From assembly GCA_016186825.1 (NCBI GenBank), contig JACPKW010000001.1:13508-77507 (forward strand): a stretch of 64,000 bases of DNA. Direction: 5' to 3'. The position numbers and the translations under genes were made by a program. Source of the stretch: Candidatus Giovannonibacteria bacterium. GTDB lineage: Bacteria > Patescibacteriota > Minisyncoccia > JACPKW01 > UBA11713. The notes under the pieces were generated by a model that worked only from the letters and a program-made list of their open reading frames with translations, did no database searches and was not told the origin of the DNA. Positions within the stretch are counted from its first letter, which is position 1. Every line of letters starts with the position of its first letter. This document shows positions 28,200-37,390 of the stretch, in pieces.

Positions 28200-29126
28200 T
28201 TATTTTCGAGCTTCTGAAATTAAATGCTCCAATAGTCCTTTGAAAGAAAGTCCGGCAACATTCGCCGCCTCCGGATAACAGGCCTCCGGAGTCAATTTCG
28301 GAAGAGCATTCGCTTTGTTAATATAAATCCCGCGTTTTGATAATGTGAATTCTGTGCGCGAATAATGCCTGCACCCCAAAGCCTGATGCGCAACTATTGA
28401 CGATTCTTTAATTTTATCCGTCGTGGCCTTGTCAAAACGTCCCGGACAAATCATCCCTCCTCTTTTCGGATCGCAAATTTCAACAACCGGCAGCGCGTAA
28501 TATTTTTGTCCATGAAAATTTTCAAGCACTCCGCCTGAAGCGACCCTTCCATCCAAGTTTTCTTCAATTAATGCTTCTTTGCAGTCAGGAGTCTCAAATA
28601 TTTTATCCAAAGCTCTAACAATTTCAGGCTCGCTCTTTGCTAAAATTTGCAAGGCTGAATTTGCTTGCGCTGGCTTGATTACCCACCAAGGGAAAAGCGT
28701 CTCGCGCGCCGTTGATACCATTTTTTTTCGATCGCTAAGCCGTGAGACAACCACAGCGTGGGGAACTTTCAAGCCATGGCTTTCAAAAATCTTTCTCGAA
28801 ATTATTTTATTGCCCGCGGCGGCGGCAGAAACCGCATCCGAGCCGGTAACAGGCAGCCCCAGCGTTTTAAAGCTTTGCTCGGCTTTTTTATACCCCTTGA
28901 GTCTGCCATGCAAGGCATTAAAAACAACATCAATTTTATGAGCTAGTTTTTCAGGCGGCAAGGGGAATCCATCCAAATGCCAAATTCCGTCCTTAGTCCA
29001 AAGAATGTCTTTCAATTCATACTTATTACGCGGCAAATATTTCAAAGCATTCGCCCCGGATTGGAGCGAAGCTTCGAATTCCGAATATGGTCCTCCGCGA
29101 AGCACTCCGACCCTTATCTTAGCCAT
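28200..29126 (-). CDS. Degenerate Ddl-like protein, probably catalytically inactive
   Basis: Ddl-fold N-terminus, but GEDG, RxD and ExNxxPG motifs replaced. Confidence 0.7.
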   Translation of the reverse strand: MAKIRVGVLRGGPYSEFEASLQSGANALKYLPRNKYELKDILWTKDGIWHLDGFPLPPEKLAHKIDVVFNALHGRLKGYKKAEQSFKTLGLPVTGSDAVSAAAAGNKIISRKIFESHGLKVPHAVVVSRLSDRKKMVSTARETLFPWWVIKPAQANSALQILAKSEPEIVRALDKIFETPDCKEALIEENLDGRVASGGVLENFHGQKYYALPVVEICDPKRGGMICPGRFDKATTDKIKESSIVAHQALGCRHYSRTEFTLSKRGIYINKANALPKLTPEACYPEAANVAGLSFKGLLEHLISEARK

Positions 29127-29194
29127 GATTAATTTTAAAACATTACACCAGCGACATAAAGCGTCCGCGCAAAGTAACTCAAAGTTTATTTAAA

Positions 29195-30178
29195 CTATTC
29201 TGGAAAGTATTTCTTCTTAAGAGAGATCGACATGTAGCCGGCGCCGATCATGAGAAAGCCTGCAATTACAAGGGCAAAGGGCCAGCCCAGACCTTCTGTA
29301 AAATATTCAGCTGTGATCTTCAGAATATAAATCATTAGGAATATAGTTCCAAAGACAAGAAAAGATTTGCTTTCTACGTGAACGCTCGCAAAGAGCGTTG
29401 CGAATATCAGCAAGGGATAAATCATTTCCCAAAAAAAATTTTGCTTAGGTTCCCACCCTCCAAGCGTAAAAGCTGCTCCAAGAAAGCCAAGGATACCGAA
29501 ACTGTAGAGAAACTGTGAGATCGGAGCTTTGTCGGTCTTAGAAAACGCATACCCCAAGAGCAAATAGGTAAACCCCGCAATTAATGCGCGATATTGAAAA
29601 AAATCCCATTCTGCAACGATAGGGTTACTTCCAACAAGAAAATTGGTGAATGCAAAGAAAAACCATGTCGAAAAAATAATACTAAAAAACGCAAAAATAT
29701 TTTTCTTGAAGAGAAAATAGGATAAAAGAAAAACAACAATCAGAACACCAGAAATAAAGCTTTGCGATCCGTCACTTCCCGCATCCAATCCTGCATTGTC
29801 AAAAAACACAACAAGCCCAATTGGTAAAAGCATGGCCGAGAGGAGAAAAAAAGCTGACCCTATTACTTCTATATCCTCCCTTTTTTGAAATACGACCCCG
29901 ACAATGTATGCAGTAATGCCTGATCCAAGCGTTACAAGAATGCGCGTTAGAGGAGAAAGAAAATCCCAATTCTGCCAAACGAGAATTGCGATGCCCAAAA
30001 AAACTATTCCCCCGCCAATATAATATAGAATTTCTGACATTCCGAGTTTATTAGTAAAAACGCGGTCTCGCATTTCACCGCGCCCCTCCTCAAAAGCCGA
30101 AACCAGTTCTTCGCGCGAAACGAGGTTTTCTTTCGAAACATCTCTAATAAATTTCAAAATTTCCGCTTTGTTCGCCAT
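29195..30178 (-). CDS. DUF2157-like multi-TM membrane protein
   Basis: ILYYIGG..GIAILVWQNW..R; ~9 TM. Confidence 0.75.
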   Translation of the reverse strand: MANKAEILKFIRDVSKENLVSREELVSAFEEGRGEMRDRVFTNKLGMSEILYYIGGGIVFLGIAILVWQNWDFLSPLTRILVTLGSGITAYIVGVVFQKREDIEVIGSAFFLLSAMLLPIGLVVFFDNAGLDAGSDGSQSFISGVLIVVFLLSYFLFKKNIFAFFSIIFSTWFFFAFTNFLVGSNPIVAEWDFFQYRALIAGFTYLLLGYAFSKTDKAPISQFLYSFGILGFLGAAFTLGGWEPKQNFFWEMIYPLLIFATLFASVHVESKSFLVFGTIFLMIYILKITAEYFTEGLGWPFALVIAGFLMIGAGYMSISLKKKYFPE

Positions 30179-30179
30179 A

Positions 30180-30680
30180 TTATTTTTTTACCCAGCCAAT
30201 AAATTGAAAATCATACGCATAAATGTTTCCAGCCTCCATGTTTAATTTTTTCGCCACGCCATTGCCCTTTAGATATCGATCCCTGCTACTCCTTGGAAAA
30301 AAGGGAAATATTCCATCGCCGCTCGAACCGTAAGAAATCTCGAAACCATCTGGAGACTTATAACTCGATACAAGATTTAACCGCGAGGCTTCGTCAAATG
30401 AAATTTCTCTCGATTTATTTTCTTCTATGCCATAATAATAAATCTTTTCATCGAAAATTGTGCGGGACATGCTCCTTTCTTCAGCGGGCCTTTCCGTTCT
30501 TATTAATTTTTCATTCTCAACTGCATATGTGTATCTGCTAGAGTAACTAGCGCTGCTGATATAGATAAAGTCATATTTAGGCGAGACAAAAAGGCTTGGT
30601 AAATAAATGCTCCCGGCAACAACTAAAATCATGACTAGCGGAATAGTTAATCCAATGATCAGAGTGATATTTTTTTTCAT
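30180..30680 (-). CDS. Hypothetical membrane-anchored protein
   Basis: TM, PKYDFIY, SPDGF, FIGW. Confidence 0.7.
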   Translation of the reverse strand: MKKNITLIIGLTIPLVMILVVAGSIYLPSLFVSPKYDFIYISSASYSSRYTYAVENEKLIRTERPAEERSMSRTIFDEKIYYYGIEENKSREISFDEASRLNLVSSYKSPDGFEISYGSSGDGIFPFFPRSSRDRYLKGNGVAKKLNMEAGNIYAYDFQFIGWVKK

Positions 30681-30773
30681 GAATCCGAACATTAAATGCG
30701 ATAAACCAATGCGGAAAGTCAAAATAATCTAGGCAATCGAGTCGCCATCTGCTATATTAAATAAAATCAAAAT

Positions 30774-30845
30774 GCGAGTATAGTTCAGTGGTAGAACGCT
30801 GTCCTGATAAGACAGAGGTCGAAGGTTCGATTCCTTCTACTCGCA
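30774..30845 (+). tRNA. tRNA-Ile(GAT)
   Basis: GCGAGTA/TACTCGC, anticodon arm CTGTC-CTGATAA-GACAG, GGTTCGATTCC. Confidence 0.95.
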
Positions 30846-30856
30846 CAATCTACAAA

Positions 30857-31018
30857 CTATTTTTTTGCGCCGGGAAGGATAGAATACATTCCCGTCGAGC
30901 ATTTCGGACAGGAACCTTTCATTGCTTTGCGGCCGTTTTTCATTGTTACCTCCTTCGCCATTGCCATTTCTCGCTTTGCCTTGCACTTGACGCAATATGC
31001 CATTACTTTGTCAGCCAT
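30857..31018 (-). CDS. 53-aa zinc-ribbon protein, DUF5679-like (not in ORF track)
   Basis: Manual translation MADKVMAYCVKCKAKREM...MKNGRKAMKGSCPKCSTGMYSILPGAKK. Confidence 0.85.
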   Translation of the reverse strand: MADKVMAYCVKCKAKREMAMAKEVTMKNGRKAMKGSCPKCSTGMYSILPGAKK

Positions 31019-31115
31019 TTTTTTAAAAAATATTTTACTTTTAATCTCGACCTGAAGGCTAATTAAATAAGCTAAGCTCTGATTTAAGTATAATTAAACA
31101 ATGATTTCAGTCAAA

Positions 31116-31150
31116 GCAAAACCCCTTTGCACTTTGCAAAGGGGTTTTGC
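31116..31150 (-). terminator. Terminator-like hairpin downstream of 16S
   Basis: GCAAAACCCCTTTGCA..TGCAAAGGGGTTTTGC. Confidence 0.75.
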
Positions 31151-31450
31151 CCTCTCTTTTGTCCCGTTCTGCTCGGTACCGCCGAGCCGGAGCCGCCATT
31201 TTAGATTAGCGGCCAAAATCTATTCAACTAATCAACTACTAACTAGTCAACTAATTGACCGGCCTATTAAGGAGTGGCGTTTAAATTTTACCGAAGCAAA
31301 ACTAAACGAAATTTATCCTTAAAAGGAGAAAATCCACGACCAGCTTCCGCTAGCCGTGCCTTGTTACGACTTCGTCCTTGTCACCGAGCTTACCTTCGTC
31401 CGTTAAAAAACGACCTTCGGGTACTCCCGGCTTCCCTGACGTGACGGGCG

Positions 31451-32289
31451 ATTATCTTCTAGAAACTTAGAATTGATGTTCCCACGTAGTGTGCGGATTT
31501 CCCGCGCTACGCGAGCTCTAATGCATTGATGCTTTTATTTTATAGAGCTTAGCTAACCCCTGCTTGTTAAGATGTTGGCCGTTTTTTATCCTCAACATCA
31601 GATCACAGAATATCTCAAAGTCTCTTTTCTTTGATTTAAGCTGCAACTGATGAGTTTTAAAAAACGGAATAATGACATCTTCAAGATCCTTTCTATTGGA
31701 TACTTCATAGCGATAACAATTCTGGTGATTCTTACGTGTATCTTTCTGAAAATACACCTCGCCGCAACCGAAAAATTTTTTTAGCCTAAAGAGAATTTCA
31801 GAGTCTCTCTCAATAAGCTTTAAATAAAATTTCGGTTCAGCTCTAACCCATCTTTTTACATTTTTTGTAAATTCAGGGTTTTTAATGTAGGCGGTAAAAC
31901 TACCCTCGCCATCAACTAGTCCAATAATATATTCGGCATTAAGCATATTTAGAGTGGATCCTTTCCGGTTCTAGCCGGTACTATGATCCAGCTGACTTCT
32001 GACGCTGCGTAAGTTTCATTATATCTTATCTTGCGACAAAATAGCAGCGTCAGATCTCCACAGGTCATTTTATTTTCTATTCCAAGCATCCGAATTGGCC
32101 TTATTATGATCTTCCCTGCCCTCACCGCCAATTGCAGGTCGAACTGCCATTTATATATCGGCTGCTTTTTGCTTCCAGATCCTTCGCTTGCCGCTTCACA
32201 GCGGCAAACTATCTTTCGGCTATGCTCTTTGACGAGAAGAGAAATGGATTTTAACCATTCAGAAAATAAAACTGCTGCGCGCTTTTATT
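31451..32289 (-). mobile_element. Group II-like intron in 16S between E. coli positions 1399/1400
   Basis: Splits GTACTCAC|CGCCCGTC; ends ..AT; DV-like hairpin near 31483-31513; EBS-like loop 32121-32129. Confidence 0.8.
31518..31946 (-). CDS. Single-motif LAGLIDADG homing endonuclease (intron-encoded)
   Basis: YIIGLVDGEGSF, FFGCG.V, IIPFF, K.RDF. Confidence 0.92.
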   Translation of the reverse strand: MLNAEYIIGLVDGEGSFTAYIKNPEFTKNVKRWVRAEPKFYLKLIERDSEILFRLKKFFGCGEVYFQKDTRKNHQNCYRYEVSNRKDLEDVIIPFFKTHQLQLKSKKRDFEIFCDLMLRIKNGQHLNKQGLAKLYKIKASMH

Positions 32290-32714
32290 GTGAGTACAAG
32301 ACTCGAGAACGTATTCACCGCGGCATAGCTGATCCGCGATTACTAGCGATTCCAGCTTCATGAGGTCGAGTTTCAGACCTCAATCCGAACTGAGCTCACC
32401 TTTGATGAGATTGGCTCCGCCTTACGGCATCGCGACCCATTGTAGTGAGCATTGTAGCATGTGTGTAGCCCAGGGCATCAGAGGGTCATGCTGACCTGGC
32501 GTCATCCCCGCCTTCCTCCCCCTATACGGAGGCAGTCTCGTCTGACACTTATAACAGACGATAAGGGTTGCGTTCGTTACCCCACTTAAGGGAACAGCTC
32601 AAGCCACGAACTGACGACGGCCATGCAACACCTGTGTAAGCGTCCTTGTGAGACATTTTTTCTTTCGAAAAAATTTCGCTTACATTTCAAGCCCTGGTGA
32701 GGTTCTTCGTTTAC

Positions 32715-32749
<35 letters not shown>

Positions 32750-32894
32750 AGTCCCCGTCTATTCCTTTGAGTTTTAATCTTGCGATCGTACTTCCCAGGC
32801 GGCAGGCTTAACGCGTTAGCTTACGGCTCCCGAAGGGTCGATACTTCGGATGCCTAGCCTGCATCGTTTAGGGCGTGGACTACAAGGGTATCTA

Positions 32895-33596
32895 CAAATT
32901 TGTTGCTAACAACAAATTTGAAATTTTCAATTTTACAATTTCCAATTTTCAAAATGTTGTAGGGCAAGACATTTCTGCTTGTCTCTCTGCATCGCTGCAG
33001 AGTTCAGACTATATCATACGAGCACTTTGAGAAGCGGACGTCGTTAGACATCCGGACTTCAAAGTGCTCGCCTCGGCGTATAGTCGTTGAGGGGAATTAG
33101 ACTGGGATAAAACGACTCACCTCATAAAGGTTTCTGCCAATAACTCGATCTCCGCCAGCTTCGATGTTCTTGATAAATTCAGCCAAATCCGCTTTCGCAA
33201 GATCGTCGGACTCCTGTTCGATGCATTCAACTATGCTGCGGTTCTTGTTTTCTATATCAAGTATAGCGAGATAGTTCATTTTCTACTCCTTTCTTAATTC
33301 TTCCCTGCTGGTTATCCGCACCAAAACATTTTTACTCTTGCAAGTAGTTTTGGATACACCGGACTTTCCAGCATATAGCTCCCGCCTCGGCTCACGCCTC
33401 GACGGGATTCTCAATTTTGCAGCCAACATGCGTTGGGCAAAATTGGAACAAGTTTTTTATCCTCGTCCGCCAGTTAGCGGATTCGAGGGGACTAGTTTTC
33501 CGCCGATACCCTCGGCGGCCACTGCACAGCAGTAAAATCTCCAATTTGAAAATTGAAAATTGTAAATTGAAAATTTCGCTGCCATGCAGCGGGTTA
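32895..33596 (-). mobile_element. Group I intron in 16S after U788
   Basis: Splits GGAT|TAGATACCC, exon ends in U, intron ends in G; core TGCTGGAAA, ACCAGCAGG, TCAACGACTA, GATATAGTCTGA. Confidence 0.9.
33097..33279 (-). CDS. 60-aa acidic ORF in a group I intron loop, function unknown
   Basis: AAGGAG SD; lies between Q and R core elements; no LAGLIDADG/GIY-YIG/HNH motif. Confidence 0.6.
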   Translation of the reverse strand: MNYLAILDIENKNRSIVECIEQESDDLAKADLAEFIKNIEAGGDRVIGRNLYEVSRFIPV

Positions 33597-33906
33597 ATCC
33601 TTTTTGATCCCCACGCTTTCGTGTTTCAGGGTCAGGAATGCCCCAGCAAATTGCCTTCGCCTTTGGTGTTCCCCTAGATATCAACGGATTTCACCCCTAC
33701 ACCTAGAGTTCCATTTGCCTCTGGCACCCTCCGAGCTCGGCCGTTTCCCCGCCAGCTTCAGGGTTGAGCCCTGAAATTTAAACGGAGACTAACCGTGCCC
33801 CCTACACACCCTTTACGCCCAATAAATCCGGATAACGCTCGGGCTCCTCGTCTTACCGCGGCTGCTGGCACGAGGTTAGCAAGCCCTTATTCCTGCGGTA
33901 CCGTCA

Positions 33907-34162
33907 GAGTTAGAGCTGTGAAGAGACAAGTTTTTTTCCTTTCTACTTGCCTCGTATTTTCCTTATTGGATAAGGACTATTGAAAATATATTTGGGGTTG
34001 TCATTTTTGATTCTTATGAATCTCCCAGGGACTTCATCTGATGTTGCTTCAAATTCTTTTGTAACTCTTTCCCCGGTTTTTTGATTTACCCCGCGCACTA
34101 TATACAAATAGCGCTGATATTCTCTATTTAACATTTTAAATATCTCCTCACAGCTCCAACTC
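33907..34162 (-). other. Intervening sequence in 16S helix 17 (V3), closed by a 20-bp stem
   Basis: GAGUUGGAGCUGUGAGGAGA pairs with UCUCUUCACAGCUCUAACUC. Confidence 0.88.
33943..34134 (-). CDS. 63-aa basic ORF inside the h17 IVS
   Basis: GAGGAG SD then ATG TTA AAT...; ORF fills the loop. Confidence 0.6.
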   Translation of the reverse strand: MLNREYQRYLYIVRGVNQKTGERVTKEFEATSDEVPGRFIRIKNDNPKYIFNSPYPIRKIRGK

Positions 34163-34626
34163 TTCTTCTCGCAGAAAAGCGGTTTACGCTCCGAAGAGCT
34201 TCTTCCCGCACGCGGCGTCGCTCGATCAGGCTTTCGCCCATTGTCGAATGTTCTTGACTGCAGCCACCCGTAGGTGTATGGACCGTGTCGCAGTTCCATT
34301 GGTGGGGATCAAGCTCTCACTTCCCCTAGCCGTCATAGCCTTGGTAGGCCATTACCCTACCAACAAGCTGATAGCCCGCAGGCCTTTCCCAGAGCCTATC
34401 GCTAGATTTACTCGGCACCTTCCAAACTTCGTGTAATTCGCTCGACACAAAGTCTCGAAGGTGCCGAGACTATCGGGAATTAGCTAACCTTTCGGCTAGT
34501 TATGCCCGTCTCTGGGGTAAGTTCCTACGTGTTACTACCCCGTCTGCCACTGAACATCTAAATCCGTCGCATTGATATAATCTCAACTCCTTCAAAAGAT
34601 GTTCCGTTCGACTTGCATGCCTTATC

Positions 34627-34666
<40 letters not shown>

Positions 34667-35030
34667 TTTGAATTGCTCACGCATTGCGCGAGCAAATTTT
34701 GAACGGGACAAAAGAGAGTAGTTATAACTTTCTTTTGTCACAAACTTTTCACCCGCTTAAGTATTGTCTTAAACAATTCCTTGCGGGTTGTGTGTCCCGA
34801 TTTTGCTTCTGCAAAGCAGAAATGCAAAATCGAGGATCCCCGATTTTCATTTATGAAAATCGGGACATGTTTTTGATATTCTTTTTTCAACGTTCTGTCG
34901 ATCTGAATATTCTCTGTAAACAAACCCGCAACTGCCTTCACATAAAAACAGTTGCGGACTTGTTTATTTTTCAAATAAATTTTTAGGGCTGTTTACATAA
35001 GTTTTCGAATTAATTCTAAGTCCAATGTCC

Positions 35031-35058
35031 ATTATATGGTTCCTGCAAAGCTTGTCAA
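35031..35058 (-). promoter_or_regulatory. rRNA promoter TTGACA-N16-TATAAT
   Basis: Consensus hexamers with the 16-bp spacer typical of rrn promoters. Confidence 0.8.
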
Positions 35059-35068
35059 CCGGCCGATT

Positions 35069-35764
35069 CTATCTCCTGTGAGCATCCCGCCAGAGCGCGA
35101 TTTTTTTATGATCCCCCGAAAGAAGGACTGGCGGAACCTTATACTTCCTTCCATGCCATTTTAGAACTTCAGGCCTTGTGTAATGAGGATATTCCAAGTC
35201 AGTTTTCAGTTGATAGTTTTTAGTTTTTAGTTTGGGGCCAAAACTTTCTTCAGCAAGCGATTCTTCTTTAAGCACCCCAGGAATAAGACGCACAAGCGCG
35301 GAAACAAACACCATAGCCCCGATATCACCGTCAGTCATAATATAGGGCCCGATTGAAATTTCCTCTGCGCGCAAAATTTTTTTGACGCGCTCATCAATTC
35401 CTTCATACCGTCCCGAAATTAAAATGAAGCGATTATATTTTTCAGACCAGTCATACGCAATTTTCTGGTTGAATTGTTTCCCCTTCGCCGAAAACAAAAT
35501 AATTTTTGTACGCAGCCCCACGGATTTTTTTTTTAAAGAAGAAACAGTGCGTAAAATTGGCTCGGCTTGAAGAACCATTCCTGCGCCTCCCCCAAACGGG
35601 CGGTCATCAACCTTTTTATGTTTGTCGCGTGTAAAATCTCGCAAATTCCAAATTTTAATCTCCGTTTTTTTCTTTTCTACCGCGCGCTTAATAATCGATT
35701 CTGAAAAATATGAATCAAAAATTTTCGGAAAAATTGTAATGATATCAAAACGAATTTTTGCCAT
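35069..35764 (-). CDS. trmD: tRNA (guanine37-N1)-methyltransferase
   Basis: VDDRPFGGGAGMV, GRYEGIDERV, EYPHYTRP. Confidence 0.96.
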   Translation of the reverse strand: MAKIRFDIITIFPKIFDSYFSESIIKRAVEKKKTEIKIWNLRDFTRDKHKKVDDRPFGGGAGMVLQAEPILRTVSSLKKKSVGLRTKIILFSAKGKQFNQKIAYDWSEKYNRFILISGRYEGIDERVKKILRAEEISIGPYIMTDGDIGAMVFVSALVRLIPGVLKEESLAEESFGPKLKTKNYQLKTDLEYPHYTRPEVLKWHGRKYKVPPVLLSGDHKKIALWRDAHRR

Positions 35765-35816
35765 GAATTTCATTATACAGATAACTTTTTTTATTTTAAA
35801 ATTAAATTAAAAGGAG

Positions 35817-36062
35817 GTGGTTATTTTGGCTATTTTGCAAAGATTGCCCAACAGAGCGGACATTCGAAAGGCCAGAAAAAAATTCTGGGTAAGAATCACG
35901 GTTTCTGCTCTGTATCTGATAACGGGCGCGGCCCTCTTCTACTGGTCTCAACGTATCTGGGGTATTGTCGTTGGCATGATCGGTTTTTTGATATTTATCA
36001 GGTCGTTTAGATATTTACTTCGTGCTCTTGACTTCAAAAAACGCCTAATCCAGATCAGATGA
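35817..36062 (+). CDS. Small membrane hypothetical protein
   Basis: AAGGAGG, 2 TM, followed by a bidirectional hairpin. Confidence 0.45.
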   Translation: MVILAILQRLPNRADIRKARKKFWVRITVSALYLITGAALFYWSQRIWGIVVGMIGFLIFIRSFRYLLRALDFKKRLIQIR

Positions 36063-36135
36063 ATTGGTATTGTCCGCAAAAAAAACAAAGCCGCCCGAGA
36101 AACACCCGGACGGCTTTGCTGTCTTTAAATCAAAA

Positions 36136-36453
36136 TTAAAGCTTCAAGTCTTCCATCACGCTGTCCATATTTGAGGATACTCTTGGGCCACGAGTAGAAC
36201 CTTCCGGTTCCTCGATTTTCAAGTTCACGCGCGCATGATTTTTCATGCCAACGACGCGCAAAAGCGTGCGGACGGCTTTCGCTGTGTTGCCGTTACGGCC
36301 GATTATTTTCCCCATGTCAGCCGGATTGATCTTGAGAGTCAAAAGGACTCCCATCTCATCAACCGTTCGGGAAATATTCACGTCCGACGGGTTGTCCACG
36401 AGCGACTTTACGACAAATTCCAGAAATTCCTGGTCACCGTAGTTTTCCGCCAT
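36136..36453 (-). CDS. khpA: KH-domain RNA-binding protein
   Basis: DMGKIIGRNGNTAKAVRTL; rpsP-khpA-trmD synteny. Confidence 0.92.
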   Translation of the reverse strand: MAENYGDQEFLEFVVKSLVDNPSDVNISRTVDEMGVLLTLKINPADMGKIIGRNGNTAKAVRTLLRVVGMKNHARVNLKIEEPEGSTRGPRVSSNMDSVMEDLKL

Positions 36454-36563
36454 ACCAATATAATTAAACCTGTAATACTAACGTTTCGAGCAGTATTCGA
36501 CCCGATCATAATTAAACTGCTTTATTAATTATAGCAGATTTATGGGAAAATGCAAGCCTAATC

Positions 36564-36899
36564 CTATGCTTCAATTGCATCAGCTTTAGCAGCGCTTTTT
36601 GTCACGGCTTCGGCCAGTTTAACAGCTGAATTTTGATTTATGGATACGTGAATTTTCGTACCAGAAATAATTTTATTTTTAATCAAAAGGTTGTTTACTG
36701 TTGCGGAAGTTTTTGCACCTTTTGAAATCCAATATTTAATTCTTTCTAAATTAAACTGCTGTTTTTTATTTTTTGAATCATACGCTCCGACAACTTCAAT
36801 AAATTTTCCGGAACGCGGAGCATTTCGGGAATCAGTAATAACGATCCGGAATGAAGGATCGTTTCGCCTGCCCACACGCTGTAAGCGAATCATTAACAT
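36564..36899 (-). CDS. rpsP: 30S ribosomal protein S16
   Basis: MLMIRLQRVGRR..FRIV..DSR..G.FIEVVG.Y. Confidence 0.96.
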   Translation of the reverse strand: MLMIRLQRVGRRNDPSFRIVITDSRNAPRSGKFIEVVGAYDSKNKKQQFNLERIKYWISKGAKTSATVNNLLIKNKIISGTKIHVSINQNSAVKLAEAVTKSAAKADAIEA

Positions 36900-37340
36900 G
36901 AAAAGTATACTACAAGATTCAATATTAAAAATCAACACCGGCGTAAATAGCATTGGGGTTAACTGTGCGGATCATTGTGTACATGATTTAGCGCGGAACT
37001 TCCATAAACCAGTCCAAAAGTCCGTTGAAAGGCCGTCGGAGTTCCATCTTCACTTTCTCGCGCCGCAACGTGCAGGAGTAATAATAGAGGTCCAGATCAA
37101 AAATTATTTCATTCTCATAGAGCCTAATCTCTAGTGATGACCCCGGAGTGATTAGCTGCGAGAGCGCCAGAGCGTCAGGGCTTTCTCTAAACTCTCGGCT
37201 TCGAGCATAAAACCCAAACTAAAACACGTTTGAATTCCAAGCACGAAATCCTCGATGGTATCCTCGAGTCCAAGAGTAATATTTTCGTCGGATCCTCTCG
37301 CCCGAATTTCTAGAAAGATGTCCATGGTCTCTGTCTGCCA

Positions 37341-37372
37341 CCTCAATCATACGCGATCGCGGATTATTGAAG
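37341..37372. repeat. 32-bp imperfect palindrome (family B) downstream of PaaX/Cas2-like gene
   Basis: CCTCAATCATACGCGATCGCGGATTATTGAAG. Confidence 0.7.
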
Positions 37373-37390
37373 AAATATAAAGTTTACTAA

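Noticed and set aside
31451-32289. Group I assignment for the 1399 intron because it encodes LAGLIDADG
   Set aside because: The 5' exon ends in C and the intron does not end in G; no P7 core was found. DV-like and EBS-like elements fit group II better.
36691-37346. Short ORFs between rpsP and the PaaX-like gene
   Set aside because: No recognisable motifs or convincing start signals; cannot be supported from the sequence.
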